Source: Candidatus Brocadiia bacterium (lineage in GTDB: Bacteria; Planctomycetota; Brocadiia; SM23-32). From it: a stretch of 31,459 bases of DNA. Numbering within the stretch: position 1 is the stretch's first letter; each line of letters begins with the position of its first letter. A program made the position numbers and the translations under genes. Shown here piece after piece: positions 8,801 to 16,509 of the stretch. The DNA is taken from NCBI GenBank assembly GCA_046538485.1, contig JBKHIT010000060.1, forward strand, positions 1-31,459. The letters run 5' to 3'. The notes below the pieces were generated by a model that saw nothing but the letters and a program-made list of their open reading frames with translations, was not told where the DNA came from and did no database searches.

Positions 8801-10954
8801 ATTTCCATCGGCTTCCATGTGGGATATCCCCGATGGGGCCGGCGAGGTCTTGTCCCCTACGATCTCGGGGATTTCCGTTTCAAGTTCGGCAGTGTCGAAC
8901 AATAACCGTTCCGTCCCATGTTCCCGGGAAGGAGAGAGTTCCCCCAGCGATTCAGATGAGGCTTCCGGTAACCTTGAAGCTGCCCCCCCCGATTCCCGAA
9001 TCTGCTCTGCAGGAGGTTCGCCGAAAGGCGCGATCTCCGGCTGGTCCAAATTGAAAGAGGGTTCCTTCGGTAAGAACATTTCGGCGGCGGGGGATATCTT
9101 ACCCAAGTCGCCCGCAGGTGTCCCACTTTCCAATACTGCATGATCCACGTGCTTTGACAGTTCGGCTCTTGGGCTACCGATATCCAGTTGAGGTGCAATG
9201 TCCTGGAAGTTTATAGCGGGAGAAAGTTCCGTCGAAGACGGCGACATCTCTTCAAGAACTTCAGACGGGGTTTCTTTTGCCAGTTCCGGTTCTTTTTCGA
9301 CTTCTTCCTCGACGGCACCTTCTGTTTCGGAGACTTCGGGTTCGGCAGTGAGTTCCTCTTCGGCTTCGACTTCTTTCCCCATTCTTTCCCCGGCCAAAGG
9401 CGTCTCAGCCTCGGGCACGGGTTCATAGGGCTCTTCTTCGTCTTCGAGTTCTCCGACGGCTTCCTCAGCGGGCAGCGTTTGGGCTTCACCCGTAGTTTCG
9501 TCGGTGATTGCAGCTTGTTTCTCGATTGGTTCTTCAGCCGGGATAGTTTCCGTTTCGGTGGACGGTCTTTCAGCGGCAACTTCCTCGGGAGGTTCATGCT
9601 CGTCTGGCACAGCACCGGTTTCTTCAACGGAGGGTGCTTCGGCAACCTCTTCGGCAGCTTCTTCTAAATAGGTTTCAAAGGCATCTACTTCACCTACCGT
9701 CGACCATTCTTCGAAAGATTCTTTCCAGACAGGCGTTTCGGCGTTGATCCGACCTTCCTGGAGCATTTCTTCCATTTCGGGTACATCATACGGTCCATAC
9801 TCTTCTCCATCGACCGCGACATACCATTCTGCCGCCGCAGCTTCTGCTACCTCTTCTTCAGCAGGAGCTGCAGCAACTTCCTCTACTGCTTCGGCCTCCT
9901 TCTCGGGTGCTTCAGCTTCTTCGTCGGACACTTCCTCGGCTGGAATTGTTTCCGTTTCGGCGGGGGGTGTTTCCGCAGCGATTTCCTCGGCGGCCTCCGG
10001 TTCCTGTTCGGCTGCTTCAGCTTCTTCGTCGGACACTTCCTCGGCTGGAATTGTTTCCGTTTCAGCGGGGGGTGTTTCCGTAGCGATTTCCTCGGCGGCC
10101 TCCGGTTCCTGTTCGGGTGCTTCAACTTCTTCAGCGGACCTAGCTGCGGTCTCCGCGAGGATTTGCTCAAGGCTTTCGACGGATGAAGCAGGAACCCATT
10201 CGCCGGTTTCGGGGTCCTTCACCTCTTGATCTGGCGCCAGGCCACCACCTTCGGCGAGGCTTTCGAGATATTCAAGCGTTACAGGTCCGACCGTGAGACC
10301 GTCTTGATCGATGTACCACTCTTCCCCGGGGGCTTTTTCTTCGGCGACGGCTTCTTTTTCAGCTTTTCCTTCTTCGACAACGGGTTCTTCGATTTCCTCT
10401 GGGGTGGGGCTTTTCACGAATGGCATAGTTTCCCCGAGAGTTGCCCATTCGCCGAGCTGTTTGCACCAGACCTTTGATTTTGCGGAGGCGCGGCCCTGGT
10501 CAATGAGCTCAAGGAGTCGTTTGGTCGAGTAGGGGCCGTACGTCTCTCCTTTTACCGTCATGTGCCACTGTGCGCCTTGCCATTCTCTTAAGACTACGGG
10601 GGGAGCAAGTTCCGGTATATTTTTGGCGGGGGACCAGTTTTTTCGGCGCGGGTCATAGACCTGCTGGCTGCTATCAATTTCGCCTTGCTGGGCCCGTTCA
10701 ACCAGTTCATCCAGTGTCAGCGGGCCGAACCGAAGACCAGAATACATGAAATACCATTTCCCTTTGCCGCTCTTTGCTTCTTTGTTTTGTTCTTCGCCGG
10801 TAGTTTCGGCAGAGGATGTGGGTTCTTCGAGTTCGTCGGGGTTGGGAACATGTACTTCTTCTCCGCATGCACATTGCAAGGTTTGACCAGCTACGGATGG
10901 GGGAACCGAGAATTCGCTTTTACATTTTGGGCAGGTTACGAATATTTTTTCCAT
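5882..10954 (-). CDS. Zn-ribbon + five GYF_2 (DUF4339) domains + acidic linkers + C-terminal leucine-rich repeats, 1690 aa
   Basis: N-terminal CPKC...CACG. Five WY/WH/WF-x6-7-GP...W domains. About a dozen LxxLxLxxCxxIxDIxPL repeats at the C-terminus. Confidence 0.85.
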   Translation of the reverse strand: MEKIFVTCPKCKSEFSVPPSVAGQTLQCACGEEVHVPNPDELEEPTSSAETTGEEQNKEAKSGKGKWYFMYSGLRFGPLTLDELVERAQQGEIDSSQQVYDPRRKNWSPAKNIPELAPPVVLREWQGAQWHMTVKGETYGPYSTKRLLELIDQGRASAKSKVWCKQLGEWATLGETMPFVKSPTPEEIEEPVVEEGKAEKEAVAEEKAPGEEWYIDQDGLTVGPVTLEYLESLAEGGGLAPDQEVKDPETGEWVPASSVESLEQILAETAARSAEEVEAPEQEPEAAEEIATETPPAETETIPAEEVSDEEAEAAEQEPEAAEEIAAETPPAETETIPAEEVSDEEAEAPEKEAEAVEEVAAAPAEEEVAEAAAAEWYVAVDGEEYGPYDVPEMEEMLQEGRINAETPVWKESFEEWSTVGEVDAFETYLEEAAEEVAEAPSVEETGAVPDEHEPPEEVAAERPSTETETIPAEEPIEKQAAITDETTGEAQTLPAEEAVGELEDEEEPYEPVPEAETPLAGERMGKEVEAEEELTAEPEVSETEGAVEEEVEKEPELAKETPSEVLEEMSPSSTELSPAINFQDIAPQLDIGSPRAELSKHVDHAVLESGTPAGDLGKISPAAEMFLPKEPSFNLDQPEIAPFGEPPAEQIRESGGAASRLPEASSESLGELSPSREHGTERLLFDTAELETEIPEIVGDKTSPAPSGISHMEADGNVLPEETSPRLGEAQLGSVTGQAEAPSIEQPEGQASPVAFSQKLMAGSADFAIRPIASSGHSLAAETPSVDVTGEQPVEYSMEAGQPTPSEVDLQKTVQRQGRFELQDMPQTKIHLEGEKAGSLVPSPKREIKFRPTTSSGPSKESLESSDVPHIEGPDSEASQIEAAPAKYMGQLRPERPDGIEKTSQYVPESAEEQPDEAELGGALSPDRETRFISSSQLTAGWGSGTVPFKPLPPHGTETLPSFEFEAVNGSARLHAVTMDTLRYVTQPGAIGILTVPHQTTRALGDTIRPRQLTGLNGAAADLAPHADEIFGRKLLEAGEEPPETDEDLTASIEAANAQIEAAERETEAAEKEEEAVAAAATEEPEAEEFNEQETVFVEAVEQDIAEEPFEEEPEALENFAGEQAPIEEAPPIEEPVEPMEEITEETFEPQPPTTTEETAAEEAPTAEESEMAEEATVGETEAALAEEAAAEIEMAAEEASETVTEEKTEAEIQWFCLIGEKELGPVPLDQLVEVAEEGKLPGNAKVRNENMDEWTPASEIPELGMALLMGTSQAEEEEKEEVPPPAAVVPEGKARVIEVKAGHNVWHWVHHEGEPRENLKFGVKKGRLMRRKDRATIGVNLAAVDAIDWVEGASPKVLRNIRTLSMDTADELFHLEKLPAVEALDVSEISDEDLEWIADQNRPLKSLYISWSETIKDLTPLSGMETLQCLIIADCPEVEDLSPIAELTNLKRLEITHCEGVENIEAISGLNKITRLSVSNCNSVKDISPIQQPNLVKLDLSRSSAIHDINPLGKLQTLLHLDLSHCSSVRDISPLRSLQNLKALQLSNCSKIVTVQPICALSELQRVSVPTNISDKDLAVICKSLPHLEQLLLRECTDLEDIRGIVLLQKVRQLSLEGCRGISDIRPLGKLDTLARLNLSRCPKISELQPIMGLKHLRLLRVRECMALPREEILAFKKAHPKCKVISQ
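9908..10117. repeat. In-frame 105-bp tandem duplication (35 aa) inside the GYF-LRR gene
   Basis: 9908-10012 vs 10013-10117 differ at 3 of 105 positions by manual comparison. Encodes two copies of EQEPEAAEEIAxETPPAETETIPAEEVSDEEAEA. Confidence 0.95.
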
Positions 10955-11062
10955 AAGTTACTTTTAATGCAGCCTTTTTGGAGACGAATCTTCTTCATAA
11001 CTGGAAATAGACCTTTCCAGAGCACTGCACTTGAGGTCATACAGTGTTATGCGGCGGCGGAC

Positions 11063-13651
11063 TTATTGTTCTTCGTTTTCGGTTTCTTGTGCAGGTTTTG
11101 CGTCCAGGATGTCGCTGAGATGTTCCCGCTCGAACGGGCGCAGGGCGGCGGGAGACACGATCAACTCACTCAATTCGGTTGCCTCAATTTCATCCCATTC
11201 GCCTTCAGCGTAATGTCTGGCAGCTTCGACATAGGTCTCGGCTATTTGTTGACGTTTCTCGCCATGTTCCAGAAGTTGTTCGATTTTCCCCAGAGACTCT
11301 TCCTTTCGTTTTTGGAGAGTCTTTTCCTGTTCGTTCAATTCTAGAATGGCGCCGCAGGCTTCCTGGAGTGCTTGAACCTGGTCCGCGAGCGGGCTGTGGT
11401 TGAGTCCAATTTCTTCCAGATTGCTTCGCAGCTCGCCAACTCTTTCGGGGTCGCGACTTCGCACGGCTTCAACGGCGTTGTCAACAATCTTTTGCGCTTC
11501 GTTCCATTTTTTTACTTTGGCGATGATGTCACTGAGCGGTGGTTCGTCGCCGGACTCGCTGACGAGATCGTAGTTTTGGTCGAGGAGTTCATCGACGAGG
11601 GGATAGGCCTCTCGGTCGAGGAGGACTTTTGCTTTTTCGACAAGCCACTGAGATCTTGTTTCGGCGGCCTGGTTTGCGAATTTTTCTGCTTCTTCGACAT
11701 CGCCTTTTTGAGCGGCTTTTTGGAACTCGGTTTCGAGTTCGTAGGTTTTTTCGGCAAGGCCTTTTGTTTCCGCAAGTTCTTCTTTTCTCAGGTCCTCAAT
11801 TCGCTCGTCGATTCCTTCAAGCTGCATTTCCGCCCATTTTTGTTTGCTTTCGTCGAGATCCTCATCGGCAGCCAGCTCTTCGAGGAGAGGTTTTGCGATA
11901 TCATAATTTCCCCACTCCATGCAAGAGCGCGCGGTCCAGTAATCCCGGAGATCGGCGGCGTCCCGTATTTTTTCATCAAGGCCTTCTTCCAGCTCCGAAA
12001 CCTTTTCTTCAACAATTTCAGGCCAGACTTTTTCAGCAGCGGCATAATGATCGCGGAGAACCGGGAGGAATTGAACAACGGGTATACGAGCTCCTCGGGC
12101 GATATTGAGAGCGTCGCGGTATTTTTTCAGAGCCTTTTGCCCTTCGTCATTATCGAGCATTTCGGATGCTTGTTTGGCGAACGAACGGACTTTTTCCAAA
12201 GTGCCTTCACGTTTTTTTAGTTTTTGTTGAGCGCGGCTCAACTTGTTGTCAAGGGCTTTCTGCTGGTTTTCATTGAGCAGGAGATGATCGGCTTCTCTGG
12301 CTGCCTGAAGCAAAACGAGGGTGTTATCCCATTCAGCAACTTCCCCGTATTTATCCGCTTTGTCGACCAATTCCCAGTAACGGTCCGTTCGGGCTTGACG
12401 CTCTTCCCCGTATTCCTCCCAAACGGCTTTTTCTATCTCCTCAGCAAGTTTCTGTTGTTCATCGCTGAGATTGAGTTCGTGTTCCTCGGCGAACGCGCGC
12501 GCCTCGGCTAACTGGTCCTCTGCGTCGAGGAGTCTTTCATTGTCCAGAGAATGCTGTGCTTCCTCGAATTCCTCGGCCAGTTCGGCAAGGTTACGCTCAC
12601 GCTCTTTCTTCTCCTGGATTCTCTCGTCGACTTCATCGAGGCGAGTCTCGACATCACGGCGTGCTTCTTCGATTTCATCGCCTTTTATTGTGAGTTCTTC
12701 GAGTTGTTCCTGGATATCAATTAATTGATCTTTGGCTTCTTCATATTCTTCTGCTTCCCAGTATCCATGCGCTTCTTTGAGATTCTCCAGGGTTCTATCG
12801 CGAAGTTCTTTTTGTGCCTGTATTTGGCCCATTATCTCCCGCCGCTTGCGGGCCATGTCAGCGATAGACTGCTCGAACTCTTGCGCTTTTGAAATATCAT
12901 CGCTACGCTCTTCGTTCTGTTCGCCTTCGTAGTCTTCTTCCTGGTTGCTATCATTCATTTGGTTCAGTCTTTCTTCCATCCCGTTTCCAATTTTTTTACC
13001 GTATTTAATGCCCGAATCGCGAATCTGTTTAAAGACCGCTTTGGCTTCGTCGAAATCCCCTTCTTCAAAGAGCTCTATGGCCTCTTCATAAAGCTTCTGG
13101 CATCTTTCGACGGGTCCGCGGATTTTGTCCAGAACACGGTTCATCCTTCGTTTGGTGAACCACCCCAGGTACTCCCCGCGATCTTGCGCTTTTTCAAGCA
13201 ATTCTTTAGCTGCAGTCCAATCATCATTTTCGTAGGCCTGCATGCCGTCTTCAAAATAACGTTCCGCGGGACTGGTTTCCGCCCCGGAAAGTTTTTTGCT
13301 TAACGCCTCGGCCCGTTCCTGGATTTCATCATGTTCTTCGTAGGAAGGGCTGTCTTTAAGCTGGGCAAGGAGATTTTTTGCCTCACCGTATTCATTTTCT
13401 TGAATCAGTTCCTCGATTCTATCGAGTTTTTCGCTAGCCGACTCGATACCTTTTTCCTGCTGTGCGCGAAGATCCGCTATTTTCTTGCGGATACCTTCGT
13501 CCTCCTCGCACAGAGGATTTTCTTCAAGTTGGGCCAGTATCTCCTCAGCTTCGTTAAGTTCTCCGGCCTCAATATGGGTTTTGGCTAATTCCAAAGCTTC
13601 TTCGGCTTCTTCTTCCGTCATTTCTTCAATTTCGCCCGGCGTTTCTGCCAT
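11063..13651 (-). CDS. Acidic all-helical TPR-like / coiled-coil protein, 862 aa
   Basis: Long ORF with purine-rich RBS (AAAAGGGA). Repeated TPR-like helix pairs (e.g. YEEAIELFEEGDFDEAKAVFKQI) separated by E/K/R heptad stretches. No signal peptide or TM segment visible. Confidence 0.75.
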   Translation of the reverse strand: MAETPGEIEEMTEEEAEEALELAKTHIEAGELNEAEEILAQLEENPLCEEDEGIRKKIADLRAQQEKGIESASEKLDRIEELIQENEYGEAKNLLAQLKDSPSYEEHDEIQERAEALSKKLSGAETSPAERYFEDGMQAYENDDWTAAKELLEKAQDRGEYLGWFTKRRMNRVLDKIRGPVERCQKLYEEAIELFEEGDFDEAKAVFKQIRDSGIKYGKKIGNGMEERLNQMNDSNQEEDYEGEQNEERSDDISKAQEFEQSIADMARKRREIMGQIQAQKELRDRTLENLKEAHGYWEAEEYEEAKDQLIDIQEQLEELTIKGDEIEEARRDVETRLDEVDERIQEKKERERNLAELAEEFEEAQHSLDNERLLDAEDQLAEARAFAEEHELNLSDEQQKLAEEIEKAVWEEYGEERQARTDRYWELVDKADKYGEVAEWDNTLVLLQAAREADHLLLNENQQKALDNKLSRAQQKLKKREGTLEKVRSFAKQASEMLDNDEGQKALKKYRDALNIARGARIPVVQFLPVLRDHYAAAEKVWPEIVEEKVSELEEGLDEKIRDAADLRDYWTARSCMEWGNYDIAKPLLEELAADEDLDESKQKWAEMQLEGIDERIEDLRKEELAETKGLAEKTYELETEFQKAAQKGDVEEAEKFANQAAETRSQWLVEKAKVLLDREAYPLVDELLDQNYDLVSESGDEPPLSDIIAKVKKWNEAQKIVDNAVEAVRSRDPERVGELRSNLEEIGLNHSPLADQVQALQEACGAILELNEQEKTLQKRKEESLGKIEQLLEHGEKRQQIAETYVEAARHYAEGEWDEIEATELSELIVSPAALRPFEREHLSDILDAKPAQETENEEQ

Positions 13652-13824
13652 CGTTGGTCCCTTTTAGAAGTCAGAGAATTGCATAGCCCCGGTGATGTTA
13701 CAATTGCTACCCGATCTTGAATCGTGGACGGCAATAAGAGGGGCTGGGGCAATAAAAAACATTAAATCTTTCTCCCGCAACTTCAAAGCAAAAAAATCCA
13801 TTTCAAAACTTTAGTTTATGTGTA

Positions 13825-13853
13825 AAGGTACGAGATTTACCGTCTTCTGTCAA
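13825..13853 (-). promoter_or_regulatory. Putative sigma70-type promoter for the 862-aa gene
   Basis: Minus strand TTGACA (13853-13848) - 17 nt - TACCTT (13830-13825). Confidence 0.5.
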
Positions 13854-14017
13854 CTGTTTGAACCGCTGTATTCTCCCATGTATCAGCGATTCGGCTGGCT
13901 AAAGAAAAAGGCCCTCCCGGCGCAGCTGGAAACGATTCAACGGCGTGCGGAGGGCCATCCTTATTGTAAGCCAGTCGGGGTGAGAGAGATAAAATCTCTC
14001 CCCGTTCAGTAAGCCTT

Positions 14018-14398
14018 TTAGCCTTCTTCGACTGGTTCTTGTGCTGGAGGTGGTTCCTGAGGCTGTTGAACCTCGTCTTCACCGCCGCCGAGAGCTTGAA
14101 GCGTCCAGCCCTTGCCAAGCCATGCTCCTGCGCTATCTGAATCTAATTCCAGCGCGCGATCAAAACAGTCAAGTGCCTGATCGTACTGACCCAAGAAATA
14201 TAACGTCCAGCCCTGCGCCAGCCAGGCTCGACCGTTGCTTTCATCCAATTGCAAAGCCTGTTGAAAGCTTTCCATCGCTTCATCATAACGTTCGAGTCGA
14301 TACAGGGACCAGCCTTTCCCTAACCATGCTTGGGCGTTATTATCGTCGAGGTTTAACGCTTGCTCAAAACACTCCAGTGCTTCCTCATCTCTGGCCAT
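14018..14398 (-). CDS. Small tetratricopeptide-repeat protein, 126 aa
   Basis: Strong RBS GGAGGAG. 34-aa periodicity AWLxxGWxL...YDxAxxxFxxALxLD. Pro/Gln/Glu-rich tail. Confidence 0.9.
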   Translation of the reverse strand: MARDEEALECFEQALNLDDNNAQAWLGKGWSLYRLERYDEAMESFQQALQLDESNGRAWLAQGWTLYFLGQYDQALDCFDRALELDSDSAGAWLGKGWTLQALGGGEDEVQQPQEPPPAQEPVEEG

Positions 14399-14528
14399 AA
14401 CAAAACTCCTCCTCAGCCATTACGGAAAAAGGTTAACGGCCGACCGCGGGAATTTACTCAAACAATTGTGCCCAGCCGGCTCTTTGTTGGTGGTTTATAA
14501 AAGTGAATGAATCGATCATTGTTAACAA

Positions 14529-14556
14529 ATTATAGCGCAAAAAAAACGCTTGTCAA
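14529..14556 (-). promoter_or_regulatory. Consensus sigma70-type promoter upstream of the TPR gene
   Basis: Minus strand TTGACA (14556-14551) - 16 nt - TATAAT (14534-14529), both hexamers perfect. Confidence 0.7.
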
Positions 14557-14803
14557 AGATTTCCATGTTAATTTAGTGTCCAAAAATAACAAAAAACAAA
14601 AGATATCCTGGCGAAAATCTGCAACCTCCGGGACGAAAGCACCCCAATTGGTGCTTGTTCTTGCCCCTTGTTTTTTGCTTTTGAAAAGGGAAAAGGTTCG
14701 ATCGAAACGCATATTTTGAAAGTCTATCACTTGTCTGAACGCAATAATGGGACGAAACCATGTCGAAACTTGCGTCTGGCTCAGAGTTTACTGTTGAGTG
14801 AAA

Positions 14804-15664
14804 TCACCCCGCCCGACACACAATTCCGTCGGCGCGGCGTTTCGGATTGTGGAATCCTGCCTCCCGAAGCCTGCGGATGATTCCCCCGGCGAGATCCTTT
14901 CCTTGCTTGCCGCCCGGCGTGCCGACGTAGTGGAACAGGGTTCCACCGCGCACGAGGGCGCGTGAAAAGACCCCGTAAAGAGAACCAGCGTAAAGCTCGC
15001 CCGCCTGTGAAATCGTCGGAGGATCATGGAAGATTGTCTGAAAACTGTCGGGCTGACAGGATTCCAGATAGGTTCGCACATCTTTCTGGATGAGTTGCAC
15101 AGTCTCACTGGTGAGCGCACCCGCCGACCAGGGGTTTGCTCGCGCACAGGAAAGCACGTTCGGGTCTTTTTCGCAAGAAATGACGCGGTTGGCTCCGCGT
15201 TTTTCGAGCAGTTGTGCGCTGTATCCCAGGCCAAAACATGTGTCAAGACAGCGTCCTTTCGGGCGGGGGATAACACTGACCTTCTCTTCTGCGTCTTCCC
15301 ACGGAGTCTGACCGATGATTCTGTGCATTGTCGCTCCGGCAATCACAATGGTGGGGGCGACATCTTCTTCCGGCTGATAAAGTTTGTAATACTTGCGCGT
15401 CTTTTTGCTGTAAAGATAAATTTTGGTCGGCCCGGTCTCCCGTAACTCAACACAATCTTCCGGTTTTGAGTGTACATCTTCCAACCTTTCAAATGATACG
15501 GTTTGTCCGTCTGGCAAACGAAAAAATTCACTCCCGGCTGATATTTCTGTATGAGTGATGCCCAGGTTGAAGCTGAGACTTATTTTTTTGCCGCCCGATT
15601 GCAATATCCTGCGTATGGTCCATCCTGAGAGGACCGGATTCGCGTTGGTTGGTGCATTGCCCAT
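14804..15664 (-). CDS. SAM-dependent methyltransferase, archaeal-type COG2521-like
   Basis: LDTCFGLGYSA SAM-binding motif I, SCEKDPNVL, ARANPWS, FHDPPTISQAGELY and GGTLFHYVGTPG match my recollection of the COG2521 family pattern. Confidence 0.8.
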   Translation of the reverse strand: MGNAPTNANPVLSGWTIRRILQSGGKKISLSFNLGITHTEISAGSEFFRLPDGQTVSFERLEDVHSKPEDCVELRETGPTKIYLYSKKTRKYYKLYQPEEDVAPTIVIAGATMHRIIGQTPWEDAEEKVSVIPRPKGRCLDTCFGLGYSAQLLEKRGANRVISCEKDPNVLSCARANPWSAGALTSETVQLIQKDVRTYLESCQPDSFQTIFHDPPTISQAGELYAGSLYGVFSRALVRGGTLFHYVGTPGGKQGKDLAGGIIRRLREAGFHNPKRRADGIVCRAG

Positions 15665-15684
15665 GACGGTATCGAACGGGAACC

Positions 15685-16404
15685 TTATACGGCGAGTTTT
15701 CCTTTGACCATGTTCAGCTGGACCGATTTGATCTCCTCTGTCCCTTTGGCTGCCATTTCCAGCAATTCCTGGAGTCGATCGTCTCCGAACGGTTGGGCTT
15801 CGGCCGTGCCCTGAATCTCAATATACTGACCGGAATGTGTTCGGACGACGTTCATGTCAACCGCAGCGCCCTTATCTTCCTCGGCCGTCAGGTCAAGCAT
15901 CGGGATGCCATCGACTACTCCTACGCTGATTGCGGAGATCCCATGTGTGATGGGGAGTGTTTCAATAACATCATTTTCACGGAGCTTCCAGAGTGCATCG
16001 ACCACGGCCACGAAAGCGGCGCTGATGGCGGCGGTCCGAGTCCCCCCATCCGCCTGGATTACGTCGCAATCGACCCAAATTGTCTTATTGCTGATCTGCC
16101 CGAGGTCGACAGCCATGCGGAGACTGCGGCCAATGAGACGCTGAATTTCTTTTGTCCGGCCGCTGGGCGGCGTCTGCAGACTATTACGATCGGGGTTTGC
16201 GCTCGGGAGCATCGCGTATTCGGCGGTAAGCCAGCCCATATTCTGCCCTCGGCAGTGGCGAGGCACACCGTCTTCCACCATCGCAGTGCAGATAAGTTTG
16301 GTTGCCCCGGTTTGGACATATACGGATCCATCTGCATAGCGCGTGTAATCACCTTCAATAGTGAAATCTCTCATTTCGTCTTTCATTCGTCCATCGGCTC
16401 TCAC
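15685..16404 (-). CDS. rph: Ribonuclease PH
   Basis: MRADGR N-terminus, GWLTAEYAMLP, GRTKEIQRLIGRSLR, DCDVIQADGGTRTAAI, DMNVV, EIQGTAE. Confidence 0.97.
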   Translation of the reverse strand: MRADGRMKDEMRDFTIEGDYTRYADGSVYVQTGATKLICTAMVEDGVPRHCRGQNMGWLTAEYAMLPSANPDRNSLQTPPSGRTKEIQRLIGRSLRMAVDLGQISNKTIWVDCDVIQADGGTRTAAISAAFVAVVDALWKLRENDVIETLPITHGISAISVGVVDGIPMLDLTAEEDKGAAVDMNVVRTHSGQYIEIQGTAEAQPFGDDRLQELLEMAAKGTEEIKSVQLNMVKGKLAV

Positions 16405-16509
16405 GTTCAGGCCTGCCTTTCAATTTAAACTGTTGGCGCTTCGGAGGGGCACGATAACCGGAGAACAGCTGAACTACCTATTTTCCCCGGCCAAATTAAT
16501 GATGGGCCC

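Noticed and set aside
7016..13588. Long plus-strand Phe- or Ser-rich ORFs
   Set aside because: Antisense shadows of Glu-rich (GAA) coding sequence.
14385..14420. 11-codon uORF (MAEEEFCYGQR) overlapping the TPR gene start
   Set aside because: Has no RBS of its own, and its GAG codons are simply the TPR gene's Shine-Dalgarno.
14600..14770. GGGACGAAA occurring twice, reminiscent of c-di-GMP-I riboswitch or hammerhead cores
   Set aside because: Lacks the GNRA-capped stem/receptor and the CUGANGA core, and lies on the strand with no downstream gene.
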